In this document: piece by piece, positions 1 to 10,109 of the stretch
How positions within the stretch are numbered: the first letter of the stretch is position 1
Layout: every line of letters starts with the position of its first letter
Source: a virus
DNA: 64,000 nucleotides
Strand: one strand, 5' to 3'
Virus record (IMG/VR): IMGVR_UViG_3300032321_001536
Translations under genes and position numbers: made by a program
The notes under the pieces: generated by a model
Told to the model about the DNA's origin: nothing
The model's input: only the letters and a program-made list of their open reading frames with translations
Databases searched by the model: none

Positions 1-46
1 ACCAACCATAATCTCTAAGTGAGTCTATAATAAATTTAAGTTCCAT
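1..46 (-). CDS. 5' end of a minus-strand ORF running out of the window (ATG at 46..44; MELKFIIDSLRDYGW...)
   Basis: ATG with open frame continuing to position 1; only 15 codons visible. Confidence 0.15.
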   Translation of the reverse strand, partial: MELKFIIDSLRDYGW

Positions 47-141
47 ATTGTATATATTTAAAAATGAAATTAAAAAATCTTTGTAACCTCTATATTGAGA
101 GAATTGCAATTTTAATATATAAAAAAAATTAAAAATTTCTT

Positions 142-462
142 ATGAGCTTAAAGACTAACGCAAATAAAATACATTCAGATTTAAATTCTCTTTACGAAGG
201 TGTTAAAATTGAAGAAAACTCTAATAGAGAATTAGGAAATTTTGTAGAATTCAGAGTTGTTGAAAATAACAAAGAACTTGTTTTGAGTATTAGAAAATAT
301 GAGTTGGAAAAAGATATATTCAACTGGTCTTATCTTTCAAATCCAGAAGATGCTAATAGTGTTGTAGAAAGAGTTTCAAATATTAATAACTTTTTATCAG
401 ACATTAAAGATATTTTTGAAAAGAATAGATTCGATCAAGACTATTTACAAAAATTAGACTAA
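142..462 (+). CDS. hypothetical protein (106 aa)
   Basis: ORF ending 4 nt before the next gene; no recognisable motif. Confidence 0.5.
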   Translation: MSLKTNANKIHSDLNSLYEGVKIEENSNRELGNFVEFRVVENNKELVLSIRKYELEKDIFNWSYLSNPEDANSVVERVSNINNFLSDIKDIFEKNRFDQDYLQKLD

Positions 463-466
463 TAAC

Positions 467-2257
467 ATGGCTCAATTTTCTGCAATAACATTTACTAACC
501 TTAAAACAGAAATCGAAAGATATCTAAAAGTTGAACACAATAAAGCTGGAATACTTTTCAGTTCTGCTTCTCCTTATGGTCAAATTCTAACTGTTGTGGA
601 AAATCTACATCAACTTTCTATATTATATCTCAAAAACGCAATTAGTCAATTTGACTTAGGTGATGCGAATTCAAATAATGAAAGAGTTATAAAAAATGCA
701 GCTATCTTGGCAGGTCATATTCCATTCAGGTCTATCAGTGCATCCGGAACTTTGAAACTGACTGTTAGAAGAGATGGTAAAGATATAGATACAATTTTAA
801 GATTTTTGAATAAAACAACTTTACAAAATAAAACAAATGGTTTAAAATACGCACTTGATTTAGGAAAGATATTAGAAAATATTCCAGTAAACACAAGATT
901 ACCAAACACATATTATATGAGAGTGATTCAGGGTAAATGGATAACAAGAACCTTTACTGGAAGTGGTGAACCAATGCAAACTTTTTCTATTCAAGATACA
1001 GATGGTAAAGATGTTGAGAACTTTAATTATGAAGTAAGTGTAAATGGTATTATATGGGCTGTTAAGAAACACATTTATGATTTATTACCAAATGAGTTTT
1101 CTTGTGTTGTTAGAACCGGTTTCAATGGTGGAGTTGATATTATTTTTGGAAATAGTGGATTCGGATATGTTCCTGAGTTATCATCAAGAATAACTGTTAG
1201 ATATTTACAATCAGATGGAAGTGCAGGTAACATTTACAGAAGAGATGTTAATGACTGGAAGTTTGAGGATGATGTATTTAATTCAAACAACGAAACAGTA
1301 AATCCTGAAGAGCTATTTGATATCGAGATATTCAATGATATAAATTTTGGATCAGATGCTGAAGATTATAGATTTACAAAAAGTCTTTTACCAATTGCAA
1401 CAAATAACTTTGTTTTAGCTCTTCCACAACATTACGCTTATGAGTTGAAAAAGTTAGGCATATTCACTCTTGTAAATGCTGAAGAGAAAAATGGAACAAT
1501 TTATATTTATGCGGTTCCAGATATCAGATTGTTTAAAAGAAAAACTGAAAATTACTTTACTATTCCACTTGTCAATTCTGTTCAAAATACTGCATTAGAT
1601 AGAAGAAAAAATGTTTCTCAGAAAGAATTAGAAAAGCTGGGAAAAAAGGCAGAAACTAATATCGCAAATACTGCTTTATCATCAGCTTTTGAACTTGATA
1701 GTTACGAAAGACAAAAAATCACCAATTATCTTAGATCATCCGGTGTTATTCAATTAACAAGAAAGTTTGTTATAAGAACACCAAATGTTTCAAGATATAT
1801 AATGGAAGTTCATGTTATTCGTTTTAAAGATGCTAAAGACTCGGCTGTTAAAAAACAGATAGTGTCTGTTATGTCTGATTATTTTCTTAATTTAACTCGT
1901 TTGGCTAGAATTCCTAAATCAGAAATTGTAAGATTGATTCAAAACTTACCTGATATTCACTCTGTTAATATTAATTTTATAAGTCAGAAAAATGAAGACT
2001 ACCACCAAAACTATAATCAATCTGGATATGATGTTAGATTGACACCTGGTTTGGATCCTGTTTTAGGTGATATACTTTTTACAGCAGATGAACTACCAGT
2101 TTTAAGAGGTGGGTGGAGAGATAGATTCGGTAACCTCTATGTTGATGAGGATCCATCATTAGAGTCTTCTACAAGAGGACCAGTAAGATATTTTGAAGTT
2201 GGAACAGTTGATAGAAAGGATACTAAAAGTCCGGACCCTAAAAAAATACAAGGATAA
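467..2257 (+). CDS. large structural-like protein (596 aa); N-terminal region weakly reminiscent of baseplate J (T4 gp6 / P2 gpJ) family
   Basis: long ORF; N-terminus (ITFTNLKTEIERYL...SSASPYGQIL) loosely resembles baseplate-J family openings; weak. Confidence 0.5.
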   Translation: MAQFSAITFTNLKTEIERYLKVEHNKAGILFSSASPYGQILTVVENLHQLSILYLKNAISQFDLGDANSNNERVIKNAAILAGHIPFRSISASGTLKLTVRRDGKDIDTILRFLNKTTLQNKTNGLKYALDLGKILENIPVNTRLPNTYYMRVIQGKWITRTFTGSGEPMQTFSIQDTDGKDVENFNYEVSVNGIIWAVKKHIYDLLPNEFSCVVRTGFNGGVDIIFGNSGFGYVPELSSRITVRYLQSDGSAGNIYRRDVNDWKFEDDVFNSNNETVNPEELFDIEIFNDINFGSDAEDYRFTKSLLPIATNNFVLALPQHYAYELKKLGIFTLVNAEEKNGTIYIYAVPDIRLFKRKTENYFTIPLVNSVQNTALDRRKNVSQKELEKLGKKAETNIANTALSSAFELDSYERQKITNYLRSSGVIQLTRKFVIRTPNVSRYIMEVHVIRFKDAKDSAVKKQIVSVMSDYFLNLTRLARIPKSEIVRLIQNLPDIHSVNINFISQKNEDYHQNYNQSGYDVRLTPGLDPVLGDILFTADELPVLRGGWRDRFGNLYVDEDPSLESSTRGPVRYFEVGTVDRKDTKSPDPKKIQG

Positions 2258-2511
2258 TGTTATACGATCAAAAACAATTACCAGAATTAAGATATATGAG
2301 ACAATTTCACGATGATATCTCACCAAATTTCAACTATGAGCAGGATATTTTGAATAAAAGTCTTTCTCCATATATGTTTCAAAATGTTAGAATGTATAGT
2401 TTCTTAGATAAACTCAGACCAATGATTGCTTTGTCCTTTGACCAAATGAATATAATAAAGAATTTTAAAAATTATATGGTAGATAAATATCATTATAAAC
2501 AAATAGGTTAA
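2257..2511 (+). CDS. hypothetical protein (84 aa), TAATG-coupled to upstream gene
   Basis: start overlaps stop of 467..2257. Confidence 0.45.
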   Translation: MLYDQKQLPELRYMRQFHDDISPNFNYEQDILNKSLSPYMFQNVRMYSFLDKLRPMIALSFDQMNIIKNFKNYMVDKYHYKQIG

Positions 2512-2560
2512 AAAACAATTTTTAGATTTTTATATATAAAGAATAAAATAAATTGTAAGA

Positions 2561-3205
2561 ATGGCTGATAATAAAAAAGTAGTTGGTTTTAAGAAGTTCT
2601 CTGAGATTAAAGGAAAGTCTAAGATTGAAGAGATTGATCCTTCTTTACCAGTGTCTCCAGAGACAGATGGTGATAGACCAATGAATCCAAATCTATCTAA
2701 AGATTCAAATAGAGTTGAGAGATTAGCTTCGAGAAAAAATATTATACCTGAGGACCAAAACTTAGAAGTTGATGTTGATAAAGATTCTTTTATCAATGAT
2801 ATTGATACTGACGAAAGAACTCATGAAAGTAATGTTGATTTCACTGGTAAAGTTGCTAAATTTCCCAAAAATACTAAAGCATCTAAAGCTTACAACTTCT
2901 TAGAAAATGTTAAAGTTTCTAAGAAATCAATCTGGTATATTATGGTTGAAAAAGATAACGAACTTCAAATGGTTAAGTATAACTATAAAGAAGGTGTTGA
3001 TTTAAATAAATTCGTTAATGAGTTAAAAACTTACTATATCTCTAAATTCAAAACAAATAAAAAGATATGTGAATCTATCTCTAATATTAACGTTGATGGT
3101 AATGATAAATATTCTATGGTTAGAAACATTCCTAATGTTAAGTTAGATGATAAGTTATTAATTACTAAAATCACTGAAGATTTAATTAGACTACTAAGTA
3201 AATAA
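2561..3205 (+). CDS. hypothetical acidic/lysine-rich protein (214 aa)
   Basis: ORF followed by strong terminator. Confidence 0.55.
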   Translation: MADNKKVVGFKKFSEIKGKSKIEEIDPSLPVSPETDGDRPMNPNLSKDSNRVERLASRKNIIPEDQNLEVDVDKDSFINDIDTDERTHESNVDFTGKVAKFPKNTKASKAYNFLENVKVSKKSIWYIMVEKDNELQMVKYNYKEGVDLNKFVNELKTYYISKFKTNKKICESISNINVDGNDKYSMVRNIPNVKLDDKLLITKITEDLIRLLSK

Positions 3206-3241
3206 TATTAAAATCTCCACTTATAAATAAATTTATAAGTC

Positions 3242-3272
3242 CCCTCTATTCTCCGGTTTAGAGGGTTTTTTG
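3242..3272 (+). terminator. rho-independent terminator (ccctcta...tagaggg + T7)
   Basis: 7-bp GC-containing stem, 10-nt loop, then TTTTTTG. Confidence 0.6.
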
Positions 3273-3316
3273 TTCTTATAATTTTTATATATAGTTTATA
3301 AAAATAAATTTATTTT

Positions 3317-3700
3317 ATGAAAAATATTAAAACATTTGAAGCGTTTACCTCTCCATTTGATGAAGATGATGAGAAGTTCCTGAATGAAAATGTGGGACAA
3401 AGAGATAATCCACTCTCAAGTTTATTAAATGTTTATGTAGAATATAAAAAAAATAATAATATTCACTTTACCCTTGGTTGGGATAAACATGAAAATTACT
3501 TTACAATTAGATTCCCAAACCTTAAAGCCGATTATGAAGAAATTGACGCTAATTATATTATGATATCTAAAGACATTGAAATGTCTCAAAGGGTTTTTGA
3601 CTATTTAAAGGATTATATTGAAGGTTCTGATAAAGTAAGAACCGACAAAGAAGTTTATTTTGCGGCTCAAAATGTGATAGATATTTATAGTAAGAAATAA
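3317..3700 (+). CDS. hypothetical protein (127 aa)
   Basis: ORF, AT-rich upstream region with TATATATA. Confidence 0.5.
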   Translation: MKNIKTFEAFTSPFDEDDEKFLNENVGQRDNPLSSLLNVYVEYKKNNNIHFTLGWDKHENYFTIRFPNLKADYEEIDANYIMISKDIEMSQRVFDYLKDYIEGSDKVRTDKEVYFAAQNVIDIYSKK

Positions 3701-3774
3701 TTTCTAAAAAAATAAAAAGACTGATAGATCAAAAGTACAGAGGGTAATAAAGTCCTATGTTTCTGTTCATATTT

Positions 3775-4347
3775 CTAAATAATATCTTTTAATATAAAAT
3801 CAACTCTTTTTTTCATATCTACATTAGATAAGTCAGTGTGATTTATATTTTCCAATTCTAAATAAGATTTAATCCATCTATCTAATCTAGTAATGTCATC
3901 ATCATTGTGATATCTTATTCCATCATTGGTATCAATATCTATCATAGGTGGGACATAAAAAACGTGGTCAATCGTATTAATGTGTTTAAGAATTTCTTTT
4001 TGTAAATGATTGATAGATGCAATATCTTTATTAGAAAGTTTCTCAGGAAATAATTGTCTGAAGTAAAAATAGTTTAATATAGAACTTGAGTCACAAATGA
4101 TAAACTCTTTTGAATCTAAGAACATTGTTTCTTTATTCAACTGCTTATAAAAGATAACAACTTGGTCAATTGGTGAATTAGGTATTCCATATTCTGCAAT
4201 AAAATCCGTAGCCACCTCTGATATGAAAATAGAATTTTTATTTCTCTTTTTTAATTCAGTATGAACCTCAGCAGCAAGAGTTGATTTACCACTTGCTGGA
4301 GCTCCAATTATCATTATAAGTTTTCCTTTAGAATTCAAATTTTTCAT
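3775..4347 (-). CDS. P-loop nucleotide/nucleoside kinase-like protein
   Basis: Walker A IIGAPASGKST near the N-terminus when started at ATG 4347 (MKNLNSKGK...); ORF-track start 4467 would overlap DHFR by 140 nt. Confidence 0.6.
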   Translation of the reverse strand: MKNLNSKGKLIMIIGAPASGKSTLAAEVHTELKKRNKNSIFISEVATDFIAEYGIPNSPIDQVVIFYKQLNKETMFLDSKEFIICDSSSILNYFYFRQLFPEKLSNKDIASINHLQKEILKHINTIDHVFYVPPMIDIDTNDGIRYHNDDDITRLDRWIKSYLELENINHTDLSNVDMKKRVDFILKDII

Positions 4348-4807
4348 AGAATATAAATGAGTAGTTGTAAGGATTTTTTTCGTCTGCTTCAAAATCTTCT
4401 TTCTTAGAAACATACCAAGAAGCAGGTAACTCTGGAAATGTTGTATCACCATCAAAATCTTCATCAACTTGAGTCAAATAAATTTGGTTAGCGATATGTA
4501 AAGTTTGTTTGTAAATCTCACCACCTCCAATAATAAAACAATCAGAGTTTGTTAAGAGAAGCGCTTCTTCGATAGAATTGACAACTTCACACCCATCAAC
4601 CTCATAATTTTCATCTTTTGTAATAATGATGTTTCTTCGATTAGGAAGAGGTCTTCCAATTGATTGATAGGTTTTCCTACCCATAACAATTGAATGACCT
4701 CCTGTAACTTCCTTGAATCGTTTTAAGTCAGCTGGTAGATGCCAAATTAGTTTATTTGAATCACCGATGACTCTGTTATTTGATATGGCTACAATAATTT
4801 TTATCAT
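4328..4807 (-). CDS. folA: dihydrofolate reductase
   Basis: MIKIIVAISNNRVIGDSNKLIWHLPADLKRFKEVTGGHSIVMGRKTYQSIG...IIGGGEIY: canonical DHFR motifs. Confidence 0.85.
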   Translation of the reverse strand: MIKIIVAISNNRVIGDSNKLIWHLPADLKRFKEVTGGHSIVMGRKTYQSIGRPLPNRRNIIITKDENYEVDGCEVVNSIEEALLLTNSDCFIIGGGEIYKQTLHIANQIYLTQVDEDFDGDTTFPELPASWYVSKKEDFEADEKNPYNYSFIFYEKFEF

Positions 4808-5982
4808 TTGTTAAAAAACTGACCATTCATCTGAACTTTTTTGATATCCTCTTCAGAGAAACACTGAGGATGTGTTTTCATAGCTTCTAAAATTTCTTTA
4901 TAGTTTGCTTTAGCTTCGTCCATTCTACCTGTGTAGAAAGAAGCAGCTGCGTGAGCTTCTGCGAATTTCCAAACATATAAAGCCTCATCAACGAAAAGAA
5001 GTCTTGTAGGGTATGGATTTTTTCCGTGATAATTTTCTTTAGCAAATTTTGTGTAAAGATAAGCCAAATGCCATTCGTTGTTTTGTAAGTAGTAATCAAT
5101 AATAGTTTTAATCGACTCACCTCTAACTGGATCCATAGCATATGCCTTTAGACACTCTTGCATTGTCAAGCTCCACGGCTCTTCCATAGCTCTCATAATA
5201 GTTCCAATTCGGTATTGAGAGTAGTAAATTTCTTCTGGATATCCGTCTAATCTTTGAGTTCTTTCTCTATAGTATTTCAAAGATCTTCTAAGTCTTTCTT
5301 CATTTTCTTCTCTATTTTCAGGCATCGAAGCTGAATCGTGATAAGACTGAGCTGTGTAGAAAATCCAACGTGGATCTTGTCTATTCTCATCAATATACTT
5401 TTCCAATACAAAAGCATGTGCTTTGTATTTTGCTGGAATTGAACCTTTCCAAGAATTACCAGTCATTTTAACATCGACGTGAATTCCTTCAGCTAAACCA
5501 GAAGTGATTTCTTTTTTATCACAGATAATGAACTCATGAACAGGGCCATACCACTTAAAAGGTAAAGATACTCTAAAGAAAGTGTTACGAGTATATTTCA
5601 TTTGACCGATATAAGTGTTAATCATATAAAGGTCATTTTTGAATTGATTCTTATTGAATTTTGGATCGATTACAACTGTTTCATCACAGTCACACCAGTA
5701 TCCATGAACATCATTTGAATTCCAATTTAATTCAGCAACTACATCTCTAAGTTTCTGCATTGCATGATTTCTCGATTTTTCAAAATCATCAAACGGTCTT
5801 TCAAATACATATGTTGGAATTCCATTTTTCTCTCCCCAGTTTTTGATTATATCTTGAGTTCCATCGGTTGAACCTGTATCGTTACATACGATTAGGTCAA
5901 CAATAGATTTGTTACTATCTAACATTTTTTCAATGACGTGTGATTCGTCTTTGCAAATAAAATTTAAGGCTAATTTTCCCAT
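4804..5982 (-). CDS. glycosyltransferase family 2 (GT-A, DxD)
   Basis: N-terminal GT-A region (LIVCNDTGSTDGT, CDCDE DxD motif), C-terminal extra domain; ATGA-coupled to folA. Confidence 0.75.
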   Translation of the reverse strand: MGKLALNFICKDESHVIEKMLDSNKSIVDLIVCNDTGSTDGTQDIIKNWGEKNGIPTYVFERPFDDFEKSRNHAMQKLRDVVAELNWNSNDVHGYWCDCDETVVIDPKFNKNQFKNDLYMINTYIGQMKYTRNTFFRVSLPFKWYGPVHEFIICDKKEITSGLAEGIHVDVKMTGNSWKGSIPAKYKAHAFVLEKYIDENRQDPRWIFYTAQSYHDSASMPENREENEERLRRSLKYYRERTQRLDGYPEEIYYSQYRIGTIMRAMEEPWSLTMQECLKAYAMDPVRGESIKTIIDYYLQNNEWHLAYLYTKFAKENYHGKNPYPTRLLFVDEALYVWKFAEAHAAASFYTGRMDEAKANYKEILEAMKTHPQCFSEEDIKKVQMNGQFFNK

Positions 5983-6018
5983 TTATTATTATTATTTTTA
6001 TTTTATATTTTAAATTCA

Positions 6019-6360
6019 CTAATTTGTTTCATTTAGTAGATTATTTAATTTTATATCTCTTAAGATATATTGTGGTATAATATAAGTTTTATGAACTCTT
6101 ATTTGTTGCATCCATCCTACACGATCTTTAGAACGTTTAGCTACATAAACGTGACCATCGATATCTATATTTTTTACAGTATAGATAATATCATCTTCAA
6201 TAGCGCGCGGGTGGCCATTTGCTTTTCTATCAAAACAAACAACCTCATCGCCTATTTCGATATTTATTAATCCCCTTTTGATTTTATCTTTTAATACCCA
6301 AGTATTCACTATTTCCAAAATATTTGTATCGCTAAAATAATAATTGATAGAAGCAAACAT
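6019..6360 (-). CDS. hypothetical protein (113 aa)
   Basis: ORF; overlaps 6309..6647 by 52 nt so true start uncertain. Confidence 0.4.
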   Translation of the reverse strand: MFASINYYFSDTNILEIVNTWVLKDKIKRGLINIEIGDEVVCFDRKANGHPRAIEDDIIYTVKNIDIDGHVYVAKRSKDRVGWMQQIRVHKTYIIPQYILRDIKLNNLLNETN

Positions 6361-6647
6361 ATACCAGTTTTTGTGCTTATTCCCTCACCAAATAAAATCA
6401 TTGACATCACGGTAAAAACAACTATACCAATTGAGAAACCTATAAGTCTACCCGGCCACAACTCACCGTTACTCCATTCATAAATATACTTTATTGATTC
6501 TATGAATAACCAAGTAATTGGTATTCCAGAAAGTAAAACCAACCATTTATAATCCTGTAATAATTGATACTTTAAACTTCCTTGAATTTGAAAAAAAACA
6601 AGTATCTGTCCAATTGTTCCAAATAGTATTCCTAAAAATAAATTCAT
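6309..6647 (-). CDS. small integral membrane protein (3-4 predicted TM helices)
   Basis: hydrophobic segments LFLGILFGTIGQILVFF, LVLLSGIPITWLF, GIVVFTVMSMILF. Confidence 0.45.
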   Translation of the reverse strand: MNLFLGILFGTIGQILVFFQIQGSLKYQLLQDYKWLVLLSGIPITWLFIESIKYIYEWSNGELWPGRLIGFSIGIVVFTVMSMILFGEGISTKTGICLLLSIIILAIQIFWK

Positions 6648-6651
6648 AATT

Positions 6652-6849
6652 TTATTTCTTAAATTTTATAATAATATCTTCTTTAGATTCGTAGTAAGAT
6701 AAAAATGTTGATAAAGATTTACCAATTAGATATTTATCTATATCACTAAATTCATCGTATTTATTTTGAACAGCATTTATCAATATATTCATAGATGTTT
6801 CAATATCTATTCTTTCAGAGTTTACTATTTCATTTATTCTATTATCCAT
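6652..6849 (-). CDS. small hypothetical protein (start moved to ATG 6849 to avoid divergent overlap with 6896 gene)
   Basis: ORF track start 6933 overlaps the 5' end of the + strand gene at 6896. Confidence 0.3.
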   Translation of the reverse strand: MDNRINEIVNSERIDIETSMNILINAVQNKYDEFSDIDKYLIGKSLSTFLSYYESKEDIIIKFKK

Positions 6850-6895
6850 AAAAGTTATATAAAAACTAATAGTGATTGTTTGTATATAATTTGAT

Positions 6896-7516
6896 ATGAA
6901 TATTGGTATTATACTGGCGGCTGGTAATAGCACACGTTTTGATAATGAAACACCTAAACAACTTTATTCAATAAATAATAAACCTATTATTAATCATTCA
7001 ATTGATATATTGAGTCAGAGTTTAGATGAGATAATTATAGTTACAAATACTTATTGTTCTGATAAAATAAAAACAAATCATACTATTTTAGTTAATGATA
7101 TTGATAATAGAATTGAATCTATTAAAGTAGCACTGGATTATATTGGTGATAAAAAATATAATAACATACTTATACATGATGCTGCTAGACCATTTATAAC
7201 ATTAGATATGATTAATGAATTATTGGAATCTTCTAATAATTATCAACACTCTCAATATTATTTAGAATTAATGAATGGATTAGTTAGAAAGAATGACTTT
7301 GGTTGGGAAGTTGCACCAAGAGAAGACTTTATAGAATTGTGTTCACCTCAAATAACAAACTTTGAGTTATTCAAAAGTATATTTACTGAATATATTCAAA
7401 CTAAAATAGATTGTGAGATACTACCAATTATTTGTAAGCTACAATATGATTATAATTTAATAAAAGGTAATAATAAATACCTTAGAAAAATAACAACTAC
7501 ACATGACATTTACTGA
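6896..7516 (+). CDS. sugar-phosphate/alcohol-phosphate nucleotidyltransferase (IspD/TarI/LicC-like, MobA-like NTP transferase fold)
   Basis: N-terminal GIILAAGNSTRF (G-x-G-x-R NTP-transferase motif), ~206 aa like cytidylyltransferases. Confidence 0.65.
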   Translation: MNIGIILAAGNSTRFDNETPKQLYSINNKPIINHSIDILSQSLDEIIIVTNTYCSDKIKTNHTILVNDIDNRIESIKVALDYIGDKKYNNILIHDAARPFITLDMINELLESSNNYQHSQYYLELMNGLVRKNDFGWEVAPREDFIELCSPQITNFELFKSIFTEYIQTKIDCEILPIICKLQYDYNLIKGNNKYLRKITTTHDIY

Positions 7517-8324
7517 AATTAAAAGACATGTATTAAATAAAATAAAAACTACGGAAGTAAATACTTATCCATTTTATAACCTTTATATTGAGGATATATT
7601 TCCTTATGATTTTTATCAAAGATTAAAAGATAAGATGTTGTATTATAAACACAACGAAGAATTACAAGACAGGAACTGGGACAATCCTAATTTTATGAAT
7701 AAAAAATTCGCTCTTAAAGATATTAATGATTATGAAATAAATATAATAAGAGAAATTTTTGGAAGTGATGACGTGAAGAAATCACTAATGAAAAAATTTT
7801 ACTATGGTGATTACTTAGATGAAATGGTTTTTAATCATGATTTACAATTTGTTTTTACCGATGGTGATAGATTTCAAAGAATACACACAGATATACCAGC
7901 TCAGTTTATATCAGTTAATTTTTACCTACCTGAAGATGAATTAACAGAGCAAGAGGAGTTAGATAACGGAACAATACTTTATGATAAAGATTTGAATCCG
8001 TGTAAAATTGTTAAATTTAAATCGAATAGCGTTTCTTTTTTTGCACCACATTTTTATAGTTATCACGGTTTTAATACAACAATCAAAAATAGAAATACTT
8101 TATTATTCTTTTATGCTCAAAAAGATCTTATAAAAAGATTTTATGATAATAGTAAAAATCAAAATGAAGAACAGAATCCTGATAAATTCAAAGATGTTGT
8201 TCAATGGAAACTTTCTAAATATAGATTAATCGAATATGGATCTGATGATTTAGAATTTTTAACTAAACTTATTGAAGAAAAATCAAATTGTAAAGTCAAT
8301 AGTCAAAACGGAAGGATTGAATAG
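7503..8324 (+). CDS. hypothetical protein, possible 2OG-Fe(II) oxygenase-like (HTD...H...R)
   Basis: RIHTDIPAQFISVNFYLP (HxD), later PHFYSYHG and RNT; weak. Confidence 0.45.
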   Translation: MTFTEIKRHVLNKIKTTEVNTYPFYNLYIEDIFPYDFYQRLKDKMLYYKHNEELQDRNWDNPNFMNKKFALKDINDYEINIIREIFGSDDVKKSLMKKFYYGDYLDEMVFNHDLQFVFTDGDRFQRIHTDIPAQFISVNFYLPEDELTEQEELDNGTILYDKDLNPCKIVKFKSNSVSFFAPHFYSYHGFNTTIKNRNTLLFFYAQKDLIKRFYDNSKNQNEEQNPDKFKDVVQWKLSKYRLIEYGSDDLEFLTKLIEEKSNCKVNSQNGRIE

Positions 8325-8357
8325 TTACAAATATATACTATAAATTAAGATTTTTAA

Positions 8358-8570
8358 ATGAGTAAAATATATATATTAGCAACTGGTGAAGTTTACCAAA
8401 AAGTAAAAGATAAAAATTTTATCTGTGAACAGTTGACAATTAAAGAAACAGAAACTTGGGCAATCGGTGGACCACTTGATGAATGTGCTAGAGACCGTTT
8501 TGAAAATAATACTGAATGGCGGTGTTTTGATACATTTCAAGAAGCTATAGACGCTGCGGTTAATCTTTAA
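8358..8570 (+). CDS. hypothetical protein (70 aa)
   Basis: ORF only. Confidence 0.35.
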   Translation: MSKIYILATGEVYQKVKDKNFICEQLTIKETETWAIGGPLDECARDRFENNTEWRCFDTFQEAIDAAVNL

Positions 8571-8592
8571 TGACTACTCTTATAAAGAATAG

Positions 8593-9285
8593 TTAAATTA
8601 TTTTACTAATTATATCTTTATATTCCGAATATTCACTTATTAATCTATCTTCTTTTATTTGTTTTCTATTAAGAAGTTCACACATAAATTTATTACGAAA
8701 ATCTTCTGACCTACTACATAGGTGAACAAAGACAGCATCTTGAACTTGGTGAAATTGTTCTATACAATTAAGTATATAAGGATCGTGTATTATTATTCTT
8801 TCTTTATATTGTGGTATAATCTTTTCAGATATAACTTTTTGTTCAAATGGAAATTTACTCCATCTTCTTTCATTTCTAAGATTCCATATGTCTGATTCAA
8901 TTTTAATAGCTTCTTTACTCACAAATTTAACTCCGGTATTAACTGGATATGACCAGGGTTTTTCATGAAATAAATGATAAAGTATATTTTCATCTGATAA
9001 ATCAATTACTGATTCTATTCTAATATCTGTTCTATTCACAAAGATATCTGTATCTAACCATAAAAACCATTTAGCATCAGGATATTCAATAGATGCTCTT
9101 TGTAAGATATTACATCTATTATAGTGTAGATGTCTGTGTTCTTTTTCAATTGGTGGTATTTCATCATAGTAAAAAGTATATCCGTGTATGTTACAATAGT
9201 TTTCAATAGTTTTTTTAGTATCTTTTGTGAATTTTATATTTGTTGGATAATGACCACTTACTATTATAATATCTGAATGTGTCAT
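8593..9285 (-). CDS. DXD-motif glycosyltransferase-like protein (GT32/GT34-like)
   Basis: KWFLWLDTDIF resembles the W-x-x-WLD-x-D motif of Mnn10/GT32/34 transferases. Confidence 0.45.
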   Translation of the reverse strand: MTHSDIIIVSGHYPTNIKFTKDTKKTIENYCNIHGYTFYYDEIPPIEKEHRHLHYNRCNILQRASIEYPDAKWFLWLDTDIFVNRTDIRIESVIDLSDENILYHLFHEKPWSYPVNTGVKFVSKEAIKIESDIWNLRNERRWSKFPFEQKVISEKIIPQYKERIIIHDPYILNCIEQFHQVQDAVFVHLCSRSEDFRNKFMCELLNRKQIKEDRLISEYSEYKDIISKII

Positions 9286-10097
9286 GAAAATTTACTTTTT
9301 ATTTTATTTAGTATATAGTTGGCATTTGCTTTTGCGCTTAGATAGTTATCATAATACTCAATACCTTTTATTCTAATTATATCTGGATTTTGTATATTGT
9401 CAATTAGGTTTTGGTTTAGTTCTGACCAATCATTTATAAATATTGCTGGACAGTTTTCATAATACCAAACATTTATTTTTTCTGTTGTGATAACTATACA
9501 ACCAGAGGCAAATGATTCTGAAAATCTAAATGTTTCTGGACTGACTCCTTTAGGAACTAAAGATATCTTACTATTGGATAATAAATTTGTATATTCTATA
9601 ATATTAATACCTTCTCTGAATCCAGATGTAAAATTCAATTCATTGTTACCTGATATTTTTTTAGAACTCTCATATAGTTCTTGTCTATTATTTATTTGAC
9701 CATAAAAAAATAAATCTATTTCTCTATCTGTTATTTTTTTATTTGGATTAAATTTTAATGATTCAAACCCAGATGAATTATAACCTATGTTTATAGGAAA
9801 TACTTTATTATAATCACATTGTTCACTTAGATAATATCTAAATATTATGTCTAATTTATCATAGTATTTATCATCAAAGGTGGTTTCATTACTTATATGA
9901 ATACCTATTCTTATTTTATTACTATTGGTATTGATATCTACATTAAAATCTCTATATATGATATATAATTCAAAATCATCATTTAATTGATTATTTAATA
10001 TTTTTAGTAATTCATTTAGATAAGAAACTTCAGAATAGTGCCTGGGTATTATTATGTTTTCATTATTGAATTTTCCTGGAAATTTCTTTATTATCAT
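9282..10097 (-). CDS. hypothetical protein in the glycan island (271 aa)
   Basis: ATGA-coupled to flanking genes. Confidence 0.5.
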   Translation of the reverse strand: MIIKKFPGKFNNENIIIPRHYSEVSYLNELLKILNNQLNDDFELYIIYRDFNVDINTNSNKIRIGIHISNETTFDDKYYDKLDIIFRYYLSEQCDYNKVFPINIGYNSSGFESLKFNPNKKITDREIDLFFYGQINNRQELYESSKKISGNNELNFTSGFREGINIIEYTNLLSNSKISLVPKGVSPETFRFSESFASGCIVITTEKINVWYYENCPAIFINDWSELNQNLIDNIQNPDIIRIKGIEYYDNYLSAKANANYILNKIKSKFS

Positions 10098-10109
10098 AAT
10101 TTATATATT

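Noticed and set aside
715-947. Minus-strand ORFs 715..909 and 765..947 inside 467..2257
   Set aside because: Antisense to a long, well-formed ORF; AT-rich antisense frames often stay open by chance.
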